A DNA stretch of 61,791 nucleotides, filler included, from Choristocarpus tenellus KU-1152 (Eukaryota; Protista; Phaeophyceae): the NCBI GenBank assembly GCA_964200185.2. It is 10 parts of 10 records of this genome, joined end to end, with 100 filler letters (N's around TTAATTAATTAA, not from the genome) between each part and the next. Parts side by side here need not be neighbours in the genome. Positions count along the whole stretch, not along the records: positions 1 to 3,713 come from CAXNAD020018353.1; positions 3,814 to 7,936 come from CAXNAD020016103.1; positions 8,037 to 14,970 come from CAXNAD020007022.1; 7 more parts are not named here. One strand, written 5' to 3'. Numbering within the stretch: the stretch's first letter is position 1; each line of letters starts with the position of its first letter. Positions 1-12,006 of this stretch are shown here, one piece after another. The notes beneath the pieces were generated by a model. The model made no database searches, had not been told where the DNA came from, and saw only the letters and a list, made by a program, of their open reading frames with translations. A program made the translations under genes and the position numbers.

Positions 1-1364
1 AAAAAAAAAATAGTCCCCTTTTCCTTCCTTTGACACCAACGTACCCCTCCGGGCTCCCCCCCCCCCCCCCCCCCCCAAGATACTTTGTGTCGTTATTGTA
101 TAAACCACACCACCCAACAGGCTAGATGGGCCGCTTGAATATTCTCTATGGTGCCTTTCACTACTTCGTAAACGGCAAAAATTGTGTTTTTCGTACACAG
201 CTTTTCTTCTCGCCCTTCTGCTTCTCGAAAAGTAACAATTGTATTAGCAATCCTGGGCTGCTAACTGCGCGATACACAACCGAAAAGGAACAAATCTCAT
301 CTTCAGCACAATGTGTAAGTCATCATCATCTGGCAAAATCCTAACGTACATCAAGCCCATGGACCATTGCGGCCAGAGTTAAACATAGTTATGTATTTCC
401 CAACCCTTGTAGCAGTGCGGGAAGGTATTGTAGTATGCACGGCATCCTCTGGAAAAAGGGTGTCGAAAATAAGACTGCGCATACTATTCGCAGCTCATCA
501 CTATGCTTGCGTTGAACACTTCAACAGCGCGTAGACATTATTATCAGAGGGTCTGGTGGCGTCCGATTCGTTAGTGTAGAATTTCCATGCCTAGGTGTTT
601 GTGTAACAGTTCTGATATGAACCATTCAAAGTAGTATCAGTTCGGTAAATATATGTTATAGGAGTGCTACACTTTTGTTCCGCCTATTATGTTGCTGTAA
701 CTTGCAATGTACTTGCGTTCTTGTTATTATTCTGTCATGTCCGTTTAATGACCTGGTGGGCGGGATTCTAACAAATCAATCCATATGAGCCACCGTATAC
801 TAACATTTGTTCGTTGTGTTGCCTAAAGATCCATTTGACGTTTAATTCCCTCCTTTTACCAACCTTTCTATTCTCATTCCTTGCCTGCTCTACATAACAA
901 TAAACTTGACCCAGTGAGGATATATCTAGTCATGAATACTATAAATAAAACGTAAAGCAGGCGTGGGCAACATACCACTAGTCCAAAGTTACGTTATAGT
1001 TACTAGGCATTTATGAACCTGACGACGCTTTGCAGTAGTAGTAGTTGTATAATGTGCAGGTTGATTATGATAGTGGTACTAGACATATTATAAGACAATT
1101 TGGAAATCTCCGACTCAAGACATATTCATAACTTTTCACCTGATTATATTTAATCACAGGAGAACTATATCTCTAGACAAGTTGTTACCAAGGAAAGGGG
1201 AGGGTGCAAGTATGAATCAAATGCACTCTCAGTACCACACGAAAAGAGAGAGGGACACAAGGAGAACCAAGCATAAAAAAAGTGATGATAAAAAAGCAGC
1301 ATATATGTGCCCTGGTCAACTTGGGCTCCCTTGACTGCGGTTTCGCATCACCTATGTCAGGTAT

Positions 1365-1540
1365 GGCTCAACGTATCTTAGGGGGGGTGGCGGCTGTCCA
1401 TTCAGTTCCATATTTCCATGTCGCGGTTTTTGGGTGAATTTGGTTGTATATGTCGGATGGGTAATGTAAGTGCACTTCTCCTGTTCAGGGCCCGAATGGA
1501 TACCCTGATGTAGACACCCCCCTTCCCCCAAGATACTTTG
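1365..1540. mobile_element. MITE-like element, subfamily A (TIR GGCTCAAAGTATCT...AGATACTTTG, with G/C tracts inside both ends)
   Basis: Begins ggctcaacgtatcttaggggggg and ends cccccaagatactttg. The interior (gctgtccatt...tgtaagtgcactt...aatggacaccctggtgtagac) recurs at ~19010-19182, ~44090-44265 and ~44427-44600. Partial ends occur at 60-87, 3656-3713, 15071-15105 and 46270-46298. Confidence 0.8.
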
Positions 1541-1797
1541 GCTCAAAGTATTTTAGAGGGTAGAGTCGCGTCCATTTGGGGTCAAAATCCAATGTTGCAA
1601 TTTTGATGTAATTTTAGGTATAATGTTTGTTAGGAAAAGTAAATATTCTTGTTCTGGACAAACCTTTTCATAACATACGCATTTTACCTACTCCAAGATA
1701 TTTCGGAGTAGGTAAAATGTCACTAAAAACCTGTGGGAAGCCAAATCCCAAATGAACAAACAGGTAAAAACCCGTACCCTCTAAGATACTCTTACTC
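1541..1797. mobile_element. MITE-like element, subfamily B (same TIR core, different ~255-bp interior with an internal hairpin)
   Basis: caaagtattttagagggta ... taccctctaagatactcttactc. Homologous copies at 49861-50124 (same orientation) and 52384-52641 (inverted). Confidence 0.8.
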
Positions 1798-1965
1798 AAA
1801 GAGCCATGACGGTGGAGCGCTTGCTATTATTGTGGGGGTGCTCAGGGATAAATGTGGGGTATTCCGGGGTATTGCGGAGTGTTAAGTGGGGTGTTGCGGA
1901 AGAATGTGGAGGGTGGAGGAGGAATGCGGAGTGTCAGGGATGGAGATGGACGTTTTTTGGTGATA

Positions 1966-2222
1966 CACTGAAATTGGTCGCATCATCGGCGTATGTATGA
2001 GTGGAGACTATTAACTGGAATTGGCTGCATTGATTGGTGTGGTAGTGGAGACCATTAATGGGTCATATTGGTCTTTGAATGGATGCCAGTGGCTGAAATT
2101 GGTCGCATTGGTGTGTGAGAGGAGACCATTCTCTGAAATTGATCGCATTGATGTGAGAATGGAGACCATTGACAGAAATTGGTCGAATTAATGTGTTTTG
2201 CGGATACCAGTGGCTGAAATTG
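1966..2222. repeat. Degenerate ~40-bp tandem repeats (ctgaaattggtcgcattg...ggagaccatt), probably subterminal repeats of a DNA transposon
   Basis: The motifs gaaattggtcgca and ggagaccatt recur about 6 times. A reverse-complement relative lies at ~55775-55985. Confidence 0.65.
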
Positions 2223-2739
2223 TTGGTATGGTTGAAAGGTGATGATGTGATGTTGGTGTGGACTAGACCCAGAAGTGAGACGTCAGTTGATGAGGAGTGG
2301 ATTGGATGGAACAGAAAGAACGGGCAAGTACTGAATTAATCCGGAATTGGAGAGGGGAAGCGAACAATAATGGTGTTGATTTGCAATCAGTCGAGATTGT
2401 TACGTCGAATGAGATAGTATTAGCACGACTTCAATAAGAAAGAAATGTGCGTTGTAGAAAACTGGTTTACATTTTTCTGGAGGAATCCATATGATAACTC
2501 TATGGCAGTGTTGACGCCTTAACAAGACCCTATAACGCCTTGGAGTGTAGAAAGGAGCGACTTTCTATTCCATATATGCAAGGAATGCCGAAGGCGGCAA
2601 TGAAAAAGGTCACCAGGCTCTTCATGCTTGGTACCACTGAACGTCTTGTGTGACAGAGGCTGTGGGAAAAATTGGCTCTGCTGGAGAATGAAGACGAGGA
2701 TTCGCAGCCCATACGTGACAGTAGGGAGTCACCATATAA

Positions 2740-3260
2740 ATACAGAATCTGTTTTCTGTCTTGCACATCCTCAATAGAGGAACTACAACGGGTGATATGT
2801 TATTTTTCGCCGGGATGAGTGAGAGTACGACATGAGGAGTTTTGCACAATTTTTCCGAGTGCTTCAGTCAACACATTTTTGAGAGGTAGATCGGTTGCTG
2901 GAGATTGACGAGGAACTGCAACAGACTATGGGGGTGTATCATCGTTGGGGATTCAACCGATGTGACCCACGTAAGGGAGGGCAAATGTCCAGTAATTGAC
3001 ACTAGATCGTGCAATGGAAAGGAAGGCTTCCCCACTCGGGCATACGAGGTTACAATCGAACATTCCATACATGTTTAGGGAGCAACTTGCGGCTTTCTGG
3101 GGGAAGAGAAGATAAGACGATAGTCCTCTACGACGACACCGCTATCCACATCCAGACGAACAAAAGGTTAACAGACTTCGAGTACACCCTGTGGGATGCA
3201 GACGGGAACGAGTATACCCACAAAGGAGCGCACCTCATACTCGACGGTGGCTACCACCAG
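2740..3260 (+). pseudogene. Decayed PIF/Harbinger DDE transposase
   Basis: Mosaic translation reads VLHILNRGTTTGDMLFFAGMSESTT*GVLHNF..., EELQQTMGVYHRWGF, STDVTHVREGKCP...GKEGFPTRAYEVTIEH, EDKTIVLYD...KGAHLILDGGYHQ. These match the Harbinger GSxDxTH, NDKT and DGGY motifs. In-frame stops at 2833, 2887 and 3076, plus frameshifts. Confidence 0.85.
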
Positions 3261-3713
3261 GTCCGTAACTGCGGGTGTTTACCCCCTGTGACTCGGCATT
3301 GATTCTGTTTTTTTTCCCGTTTATTTAGCCTGATTTACCCAGGTGCTGTGCGGAGATGTGCTGTGCGGAGATTTAGAGCATAACTACGCAGCCATCAAGT
3401 TTGTGATCTGTATCACTAGTTTAGTACAAAGCACATAGATAATAGACACCGCTTTACTTCCGGACTTCAAACCAAGGGGAGATTATCATTTATGTTTATA
3501 CTGCATATCAGAGAGCCGATGTGCATCTTTTCATGTTCTTGTGAAAGTGTCCACTGTTCTATGCAGTTTAACTACCTGCTAAGGTACCTGCTCAGGCACA
3601 TCAAATCTTCCAGTACGAATTGTGTGATCATTGTTCACATCCATACATCCCTTCTGGCTCAAAGTATCTGGGGGGGGGTGGCGGCTGTCCATTTGGGGTC
3701 AATTTTTTCATGT

Positions 3714-3813
3714 NNNNNNNNNNNNNNNNNNNNNNNNNNNNNNNNNNNNNNNNNNNNTTAATTAATTAANNNNNNNNNNNNNNNNNNNNNNNNNNNNNNN
3801 NNNNNNNNNNNNN
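3714..3813. other. Artificial contig linker N44-TTAATTAATTAA-N44 (also at ~7937, 14971, 18871, 28024, 44630, 48677, 52718, 56136)
   Basis: The same 100-bp spacer, with stops in all six frames, appears nine times. Confidence 0.97.
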
Positions 3814-4180
3814 GGGAACGTAATTTTACACTGTCCTCTTTCCAACTCTAACTGTGAAAATCCCCCCCCCCCCCCCCCCCCCTTGATACTTCAATACAAA
3901 GCACTGGTTTAGTGCACTGTCAAAAGGAGTTGCAACATTTGCAGACACCTATATTCAAGGGTTTTCAGGTTGTCAGGAGGACCAACAACCAATCACCACG
4001 GCAGGGTATGGGCTATACCGCTCCTCCAACCTTCCCTAACACCAAGGTCGTGATCATATTGAGTACAAAACAAGCAAGTTTATGGCAAGCACAACGAACA
4101 CCTTGGTAAGTGGGAAAAGGGGATGGGAAGCACAAACAGTAACTGTATTTGCACCATGCACAGGGAGGAAACGCACTTAC

Positions 4181-4415
4181 CCTCTTGATGTCAGACTTGA
4201 CAGCTGAAACCATCGCCTCCCCATTACCCTGGCACTCCTTCATTGCTGCCATCAGTGATACCTTACTCGCCTCTTCTAACTGCAGGTAGCGCAGAAACAA
4301 TGAAAAGGTAAGTATCGTTTTCCAAAGTTGGCAGGAGGGGTGGCAGACAGGGGGGAGAGGGGGGGGGGGCAAACGGGTGTTTANNNNNNNNNNAAGGGGA
4401 AGGTTGGGTTTCGAA

Positions 4416-4462
<47 letters not shown>

Positions 4463-4479
4463 AACGTGTGTTTACGTGT

Positions 4480-4524
<45 letters not shown>

Positions 4525-6827
4525 GTGTAGTAGAGGGGGGAGGTGGCGAAGGAGAGGACTGTTCTCACCGCTTTGCGTTCCTGCCTCTCAACTTCCAGGT
4601 ACAACGACGCCTTTTCCACCTCCAGACGGATCTTTTCGGCCTGAGAGATCAAACCATCCAGCACCAAACACCAAGGCACAGACACGGTCACATAGCGGAT
4701 GGCATGCCTTGTTGGTGAGTGTGTGGCATGGCGTAGAGACTAGGAAGGCATTTATCGAGTTGGTGGATAGGTGCCAACTCGACAATGAAGACAGGAAGAG
4801 ATGCTGTTAGGGCAATGGGAACATAAAAAACAAACTAACCCTAACACTAGCCCAAGGCTGCTCCCGCAGCGTGACTACTAATACAAGCTGCAGAAGTTGA
4901 GGTGGGAGGGAGGGGATATGAGGAAAGGGATAGTTTAGGTGCCCCTTGAAGATTTCTGACTAGGAGCAACGTCTACGGCTTGACTTTGCTGCTAAGTACT
5001 GCAGAAGGGAGTTGAAGGGTCACAGCAAGGCTGACCTCCATTTCACCTGTATGTGTACCAGAATTTACGTGATGTTGTCTCGTTGTCTTCTTGTAAAATA
5101 TCACAATACTCTCACCGCCCTGAATTCAAAATAAGTTACCTCAATCAACCACCCTGCATGAACAAACAAGCAATTCCCTCCTATCTAAATCCTGCTCCAA
5201 AGAGGAAGTAAGTGAACTTTAACTTCATTCACACGGCTTCAAAAAAGAATTAAATTTTTGGAATCTTAACATGGAAAGGCCACTCAGTCAAAAGGAGACA
5301 AGAGGAGACAGAACGCTTGATGCCCTTCGAATCTGTTTTTTACAGAAACATAATGCTTGCTAAGAAAGTCTACATATCAAATTTGACTCAGTAGAACAGA
5401 TTCGACACATGGTACAGCCTACCACGATCAGCAGAAGGCAGCACTATAAAGACAGAACAGATTTTGACACTAAAGAAACGTGTTGTTAGCACTCACACTT
5501 AGGTCCTCCTCATCAGTTAGTTGACTGTGCCGTGGCTTGATGTAAGACTATTGGCTTTGTAGTACACACCCACTATACTGGCGTGTTGTTCCTTTTTTTG
5601 TTTCTTCTATTACTATCTCCGAAATATTATAGTAGTACACAATTCGTCTTACAGAGGGTCACGTTTGTCCAAGGAGTTGTATGATCGATACATGTCAAGC
5701 ATGAAGTTAATCAATACAATTTTCGACGCGCGATATCAAAGTACTCCCCTGTGTTCAGCGAGATGGACTAACGAATGGAAAGACCTGCAGCGTGCGCCCC
5801 ATTGAGAGGACTCTTCCCTGACAGTACTCCTTCGACCAATGACCGAACCTCTTAAGAATCACGTCCGCCTTTACAAATGTACCTCCTGTCCTCTGCCCTA
5901 CTCACCTGTAGCTTCAGCTTCTCTGCTGTCAACCTCAATCTCTTGGACTCGTCTGTCATAGCAGGGACAATCTCTTGCATTTCTTCCATTGGATCGTCCC
6001 TGGTGAGCAATCAGTACCGTACGGGGAAAGGAGTGGTAAGTTGCTCACGTCCTCTCAGGAAATAGACACTCGCGATATACCACGAAAGTCCATGTATCGG
6101 TCAAGAACAACCAGATCACCTCTGTTCAATCTTCTCCACACGCATTTGGATATATGAGGTTGAAGCATTGAGTTGAGACGACCCTAGCGTACCGGGAAAC
6201 CCAGTTGGTCCAACTTAAACCAGACATCTTCAACACCCTTAAAGTCAAAATAGACGCTTGGCAGGGAAAACACTCGATAGGATTAAACGGAACTAGCTAT
6301 ACTTCACCCGGAGGGAAATATTGCTGGGAAAAAAAGAGGAGACGTGGTGTTGAACAACCATGCCCGAGATCAACATTGAAAACAGTACACCAAACACACA
6401 CACGTATGAACGACTCCAACGCCAATACTGTTACAGAAACGAGCCCGCAGGCATAGCCGCACCTTACAATTCCCGTTTCGAGGTAGAATCCTAACCCATA
6501 TACAACGCTTCTTAGGAGTCAGGCTAAGACCATACAGGTACAAAACACACAGAGCATCCAATGCGATAGGATCCCATAATTAATGAGGAAAAAAGAGTAC
6601 CACCCAGTCACAACAAACCTGGAAAAAATCCCTGACCAAGGATTCAAATGGCAAACAACAATGTTGCTGTGAACCCTTCGAGCAAGCCCAAGCTGCTTCT
6701 CCCATGAATGTCTTGGAGGTGGAGAATAGGAGGGGACTCGTAGGTTTCCCATAAACGCCTGTGACCCCCAGCTCAACATTATCAAGACCCCCACCGCGGA
6801 CACCGCTCTGCACCTTCCTCCAGTCAT
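4181..6827 (-). CDS. Uncharacterised plastid-targeted coiled-coil protein (5' part; truncated by the contig end)
   Basis: Phase-compatible GT-AG exons 6827-6619, 5999-5906, 4640-4569 and 4279-4181. They give MTGGRCRAVSAVGVLIMLSWGSQA-FMG... (signal peptide + AF) then DDPMEEMQ...KRLRLTAEKLKLQ-AEKIRLEVEKASLYLEVERQERKA-LEEASK... Confidence 0.75.
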
Positions 6828-7341
6828 ACTTCACTTACTGTGTTGACCTCGAGGTCTCTACTGCTGAAGTTACCCTTACATAAACCCTTTCGAAGTTACA
6901 GGTAGAAACTAGAGTTAGTATTGATTGGGTTTTGTCTTGAAGTGACCAACTACTACTACTGTGACGAGAATAGGTACAACAAATTGTAGACAAACACAGG
7001 TACATTCCATCTACTCCTACTATTTTCAATATAAACTCTTAAAAATAGTTTTTTTTAAATGGTAAGGTATCTTCTCCGTTTACAGCTCCTAAATAAAGTT
7101 GTAACACTACTACTTGAAATATAGTCCAGACGTGTCATGCGTTTTAAGCTAGACTCACCCAGGAAATGGGCACGGAGGGGTTTATTGGATTCTTGGGATG
7201 CCTCCCTATCTCCTCCCCCAGGGGTACAGGTATAGGTAGATTGGAGACACAGGAAGGCGGTAGTAAAACATAGACAGTGGTGAAGTAACAATAGATTAGT
7301 GTCTTTTACATTTACGACATTTTATTTCTTTAGGGCATATA

Positions 7342-7413
7342 CTGACTTGTGTATAGTTTGCAGTAGTTTTCCCCCTGACACATCTGGAAAATATCAGAGG
7401 GCATAATAATAAA
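7342..7413 (-). repeat. Solo copy of the ~75-bp TIR of the element at 48068-48511
   Basis: Reverse complement reads tttattattatgccctctgatattttccagatgtgtcagggggaaaactac..., matching the 48068, 48511 and 61417 ends. Confidence 0.6.
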
Positions 7414-8127
7414 GATATAGTTTCGGTTTTTCCCAACACCTATAAAATGTTCCACACAATATATACTAATCAGCTTCCCACCCAACGCCTTCCTTCCTTT
7501 CTCAAGCCCACAAGGATGGGGGGACCACGTGTTCGTACTCCACCAAGCCTCTCGGGGGTGTGGGGGAACAATACATGGTTTGACTAAGGTAGCTCCCACT
7601 GGGAATTCACCCCTGAAAGGGCAGCATACATACCCCCCAGCGATCAAGGCTACCTCCTGGACACATACCCGCTCGGAGTGCCTGAAATTGACGAGTGGGC
7701 AGTCCACACCCGAAATACCTACCTTACTGGCAACCCTCTCCCATCTTTTCCCCATTCACCGAATGATCTCCCCCCAGCCTACCATCAACAGGGGGTTCAC
7801 TGCCTCCCATCCTTTCCCTCACTCTCTCCACCCCAACCCATCCCACCCTCCCCTCCAGCCTCATCACCAACCACCAGCACCACCCCCACCTCCACCCCCC
7901 ACTAACCCCCCCTACCCCCCCCCAGAAAACCTGTGCNNNNNNNNNNNNNNNNNNNNNNNNNNNNNNNNNNNNNNNNNNNNTTAATTAATTAANNNNNNNN
8001 NNNNNNNNNNNNNNNNNNNNNNNNNNNNNNNNNNNNCATGGGGCAAACCGAAGAGGAGAGGAGAGACATAGCGCAAAGCATCTCAACGTACAAAGACGGT
8101 GCTCTTCCTCCCTTCAAAACAAAATAC

Positions 8128-11100
8128 CTTGACTGCTGCGACTGGGGCGGTCGAGGAGGCTGGAGCAGAAGATCCAGACTTGTCCACGTAGGCGGGGAAG
8201 TAGCGACCATACCCATACTTGGCCAACCAAGTCGCAAACTGGTGCAACACGCCATAGCAACGATTCACATTATCGCCCGTTTATTCCCCCACATGCCAAA
8301 TCGAGAAAACAGATGTAAAGAGAGGGGAGGGAGGGGAGGGAGGGGAGTACCACAGCATGGCATCACATTGGAGACAGTGGGTCAGAGGAATTGGGGGGGG
8401 GTCGTCACACAGTCAAAGGGGTTTGGTTGATCAACGAGTGTTATTAACACCCTGTTGACAGAGTCACAAGGTCTCCCTCTACCTAGTGCAAAAAAAACAC
8501 ACCTGTGTGTGTAGCAGAAGGGCCAACCGCTCAAAAAAACCTGTCGAAAAGCATTACTACACATTACAGAATGATCGGGAAACAAAAACTACACATCTCC
8601 TCATCATCCTTCCTCCTGGCATGCCATCCAAGAGTTGGAGTACTCTGATAATAAAAACCAAGAAAAAAATAATAAAAACTTTTGTGTACACACACGTACA
8701 AGAAAGCAAACGAACTTAAGATGGATCGATCGCGTCACCGGATCGTGTTGAGAACAAAAAAAAACAAAAAAAACACCGACTTCAACTCCGCACAAAAAAA
8801 AACAAAAAAAACAAAAACATACATACGATGATGTTCCAATGCTTCCAAACTCAGCACAGTCAGTAAGGAGAGCACGAATGCCCTTTGCACAAACACCCAT
8901 GAATTTCTCCATTTTTCCATAGACTCGACTCACGCGATGTATTGCGTTCCATCCCCCCCACCCAACCTCAAGAAACTCAACACAACTACTGACAGGTCTC
9001 TGGACATCAAAAACAACCAGGCAAAAACGATCCGTAGTCAAAATTGAGTCACCTCTACTACACTACACACTGGTCAGCAGTTGCACCTCAACATCTCCAC
9101 AAACTCCCCCACTCCACGTGCCAACAACTACGAACTGAACTCTCGGGGTAATGGTCTCAAACGACAACAAAAATAATCAATTCCCCCCACAGATGCCTAC
9201 AGTAGAGGATGCACACAAATTATAGAAAAATATGTGTAACTACAGCACGATACATACCCCCAAGACTGTAGTGCAAACAAAACGAATACCCCCCACAGTA
9301 ATGCATACCGCAGATCACAAGAACTGGTCCTAGGGTTAGGGTTACTTCCCAGTCCCCCACAGAGTCCATCATCATCGTCTCTGCACACCCCTACCCTCGT
9401 ATCCAATATAAACCAATCAGATTCTAATCCTAGGAACAACCCCTACAAAAAAATTAAGTTCGAGAAGAGGTTGTCCCAAGGAGAGTCCTTGTCCAAAAAC
9501 TTAAGCAACAGGTACTGGTCTGTCTCTAGACAAAAACCAGACCCGTGGTTTCCAAGAAGAAACACAATATTCTCACTCTTGCAGCTAAACATCTCCACTA
9601 ACCAGTGACCAGAACTAGTGATAGCACTCTGTCCTCTGAGGCATATCCAAAACCTTTTTTTTTGCTCTCTCTCTCTCTCTCTCTCTCTCACCCTATCAGG
9701 GTTGTCCGGCTTCTTGCTCTTCTCAATCACCACCTTCTTCAGGTCCATGCGAGCCTTGTTGTTAGAGGTCTGCCCGAACAGCTTCTCAAGCAGAGAGTAA
9801 TCACCTGAAACAAGACCAGCAAAAATACAACCACACCCAAGCCAACACCCACAGATACGAGCAGGAAGGAGTCACATCTATGTATTAGATCACCTCACAT
9901 TTGTGATAAATAGCAACCCTAACCCTAACCCTAACCCTAACCCAACCGCACAGAGCCCTGAGCTAAGGTAGGCATCTGCCAAACGGAGAATGACTTCACC
10001 GAAGTCTTTCTGTACTCTCTAAACACCTATGCGTATGCCCACCCCACACATGTCAATCCCACCCTCACCTTACACCCTTCAACAAGTAAACAAGTACAAT
10101 AATTCTCATTCTTCCATCTGCCTTAAGAAAAGAGTACAAAACAAGGGCATAGTTGAGGGAACCTCGAGTACTGGAATGCAACAGCCCCCTCAACTTCAGT
10201 GGTTCCAAGTCATAGTTTAAAAATAACTGTGAGTGGAACTGCAACAAATCACCGCTTTTGAAATAGTCTATTTGTACCCAAACCCTCTCATGTCGTAAAA
10301 GAAATGAATCATCCAAAGGTACACTTGTCTTTAATTAAGCAAAATAAATGGAGGAAATACTCCCCTACCCAAAGTTACTCTTAACACCACGCTATGTTAG
10401 GTATGTTCGGTGCCCTGACACATGGCAAGTCTAGCAGTATGGGCAAAAGTGAAACAAGTGCAGATGCCTTAATCAAAAGTTCGTGTTGTCCAAACCTGAA
10501 AAAATTGGGTGCAATTTTCCATTCCAACCACACAATACGTATGAACGATTTCTTAGTGCTTCTATGGAGCGTACCTCGTTCCACCGCAATTACCATCATA
10601 AACAAAAAATTGAAAGGAAAATAAAGCACAAAAGGGAAGGTAAAACTATATTTTATGAACATATAGTACGTGTCCAATCACAAAACTATGTTCAATCAAA
10701 TCTACCGTTGCAGTACTCCTGAAAACCAAAGATTACATAGTTGTAAGCAACTGGACATATTCAATGCCTGCTCTGATCAGCCCCACGGATGTTTAAGTGT
10801 GAAAACAAGCCGGGAAAAAACATGTTGGATAATGTGTCTACGGAGGAGTCCTTTTTTATTAAGATTTGTCACCAACACCAAAAACCCGAAGTGGGTGTCA
10901 AACGTGCTCACCCTCAGTGGCTACCTCCTCTGGGGTCTTGTTAAGAGCATAGCGCAAGCCAAACTGCGCCATGTATTCCCCCATCCACCTCTCCGACGGG
11001 ATGAAGTCATCCTCACTCAGGGCCATACGCATCGGGGTTGTTGTGCGCGCATTGTGAGTCCGCAGTCCACTGCCATGTTTGAGTGGGCAGACGGAACAGG

Positions 11101-11639
11101 ATTGAGAAGAGGCAAGAGATAGCAAATTGTTTGCGTCAACTTCTAGTATGTTTGTGAGTTTATACTCAGAGTACTAACACGGCTCAGATGCCGCGTGGGT
11201 CTCTATGTACGGGACAGCAGAGATTACAATCATGCTGCAAAAATGAATTTGCGGTTATATCCAAGAATCTGACAAAGCAAGCAAAATCACCTCTGGAAAA
11301 GGCTCATTGCTTACAGAGCAAAGTTTAGCTGCGCATAGAGAGCATTTTAGAACGATGTCTCTGAAGACACGTTAAACACGGACTTACTGACTTCCCCGCA
11401 CCATCACCAGACGTACACTTTATCAAACCAATATCAATCACACTAAAAAAGCATGCACTACACAAGACCAATGAGTATCCAGCCACAGTAGTCCTTCCAT
11501 CTACGAATCGAGCAAGAAGGAAGGTAACGGATGTAGATGACCGTAGTAACTACCAATCGCACCTCAAAGAAGGGGCAAGGAAGGCATCGGCACCAGATAC
11601 CGCCGACAGCAGGACCGCACAAGTTGCAACCTTAACCAT
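8128..11639 (-). CDS. Uncharacterised plastid-targeted protein with two aromatic G-containing motifs (3' end uncertain)
   Basis: Phase-compatible exons 11639-11563, 11069-10912, 9804-9692 and 8238-8128. Translation: MVKVATCAVLLSAVSGADA-FLAPSL (ASAFAP-like), transit peptide ending RMRMA, then ...WMGEYMAQFGLRYALNK...GDYSLLEKLFG...FATWLAKYGYGRYFPAYVDK. An extra internal exon cannot be excluded. Confidence 0.75.
9917..9943. repeat. Interstitial telomere-type repeat (CCCTAA)n
   Basis: aaccctaaccctaaccctaaccctaaccc, within an intron. Confidence 0.85.
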
Positions 11640-12006
11640 TTTTACAAAAGAGTACTTTCCCGGTTTGGATGCGGGAGTTTGATAGGGCAAGGTCGTCAAG
11701 GAAGAGCAAAGGGAACTGAACCGCTCTCTCAATGCAATATGAAGTGAAGTCAATCTTCATGTGTCAAATATACGTCAGTCAGTAGTGGTCATGCAACGGT
11801 CAGGCCCTTACCGTTATAAATTTCCATCCAGATCTCTTTTCAATACGCCACACTGGCTCGTTTTCCTGATCTTGAGTTGAACATGGCTAGTGAAGGTTGG
11901 TTTCCAACGAGGATGAATGCAAACGACCACGAAGCAAACAAGAAATATTGACTTGAGGATGGCAAACATCTGCACTCTCAATCTCAGATTGAAAAGCTTA
12001 AGGAGG

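Noticed and set aside
3758-3769. Repeated TTAATTAATTAA palindrome between N runs
   Set aside because: An assembly linker with six-frame stops, not biological.
4328-4810. Poly-Gly/Pro and Val-Cys ORFs (also near 14781, 15230, 26994, 43936)
   Set aside because: Translations of G/C homopolymers and (GT)n or (CAAA)n microsatellites.
5600-6900. Possible retroelement remnant
   Set aside because: No RT, integrase or endonuclease motifs; the coding signal is explained by exons of the plastid coiled-coil gene.
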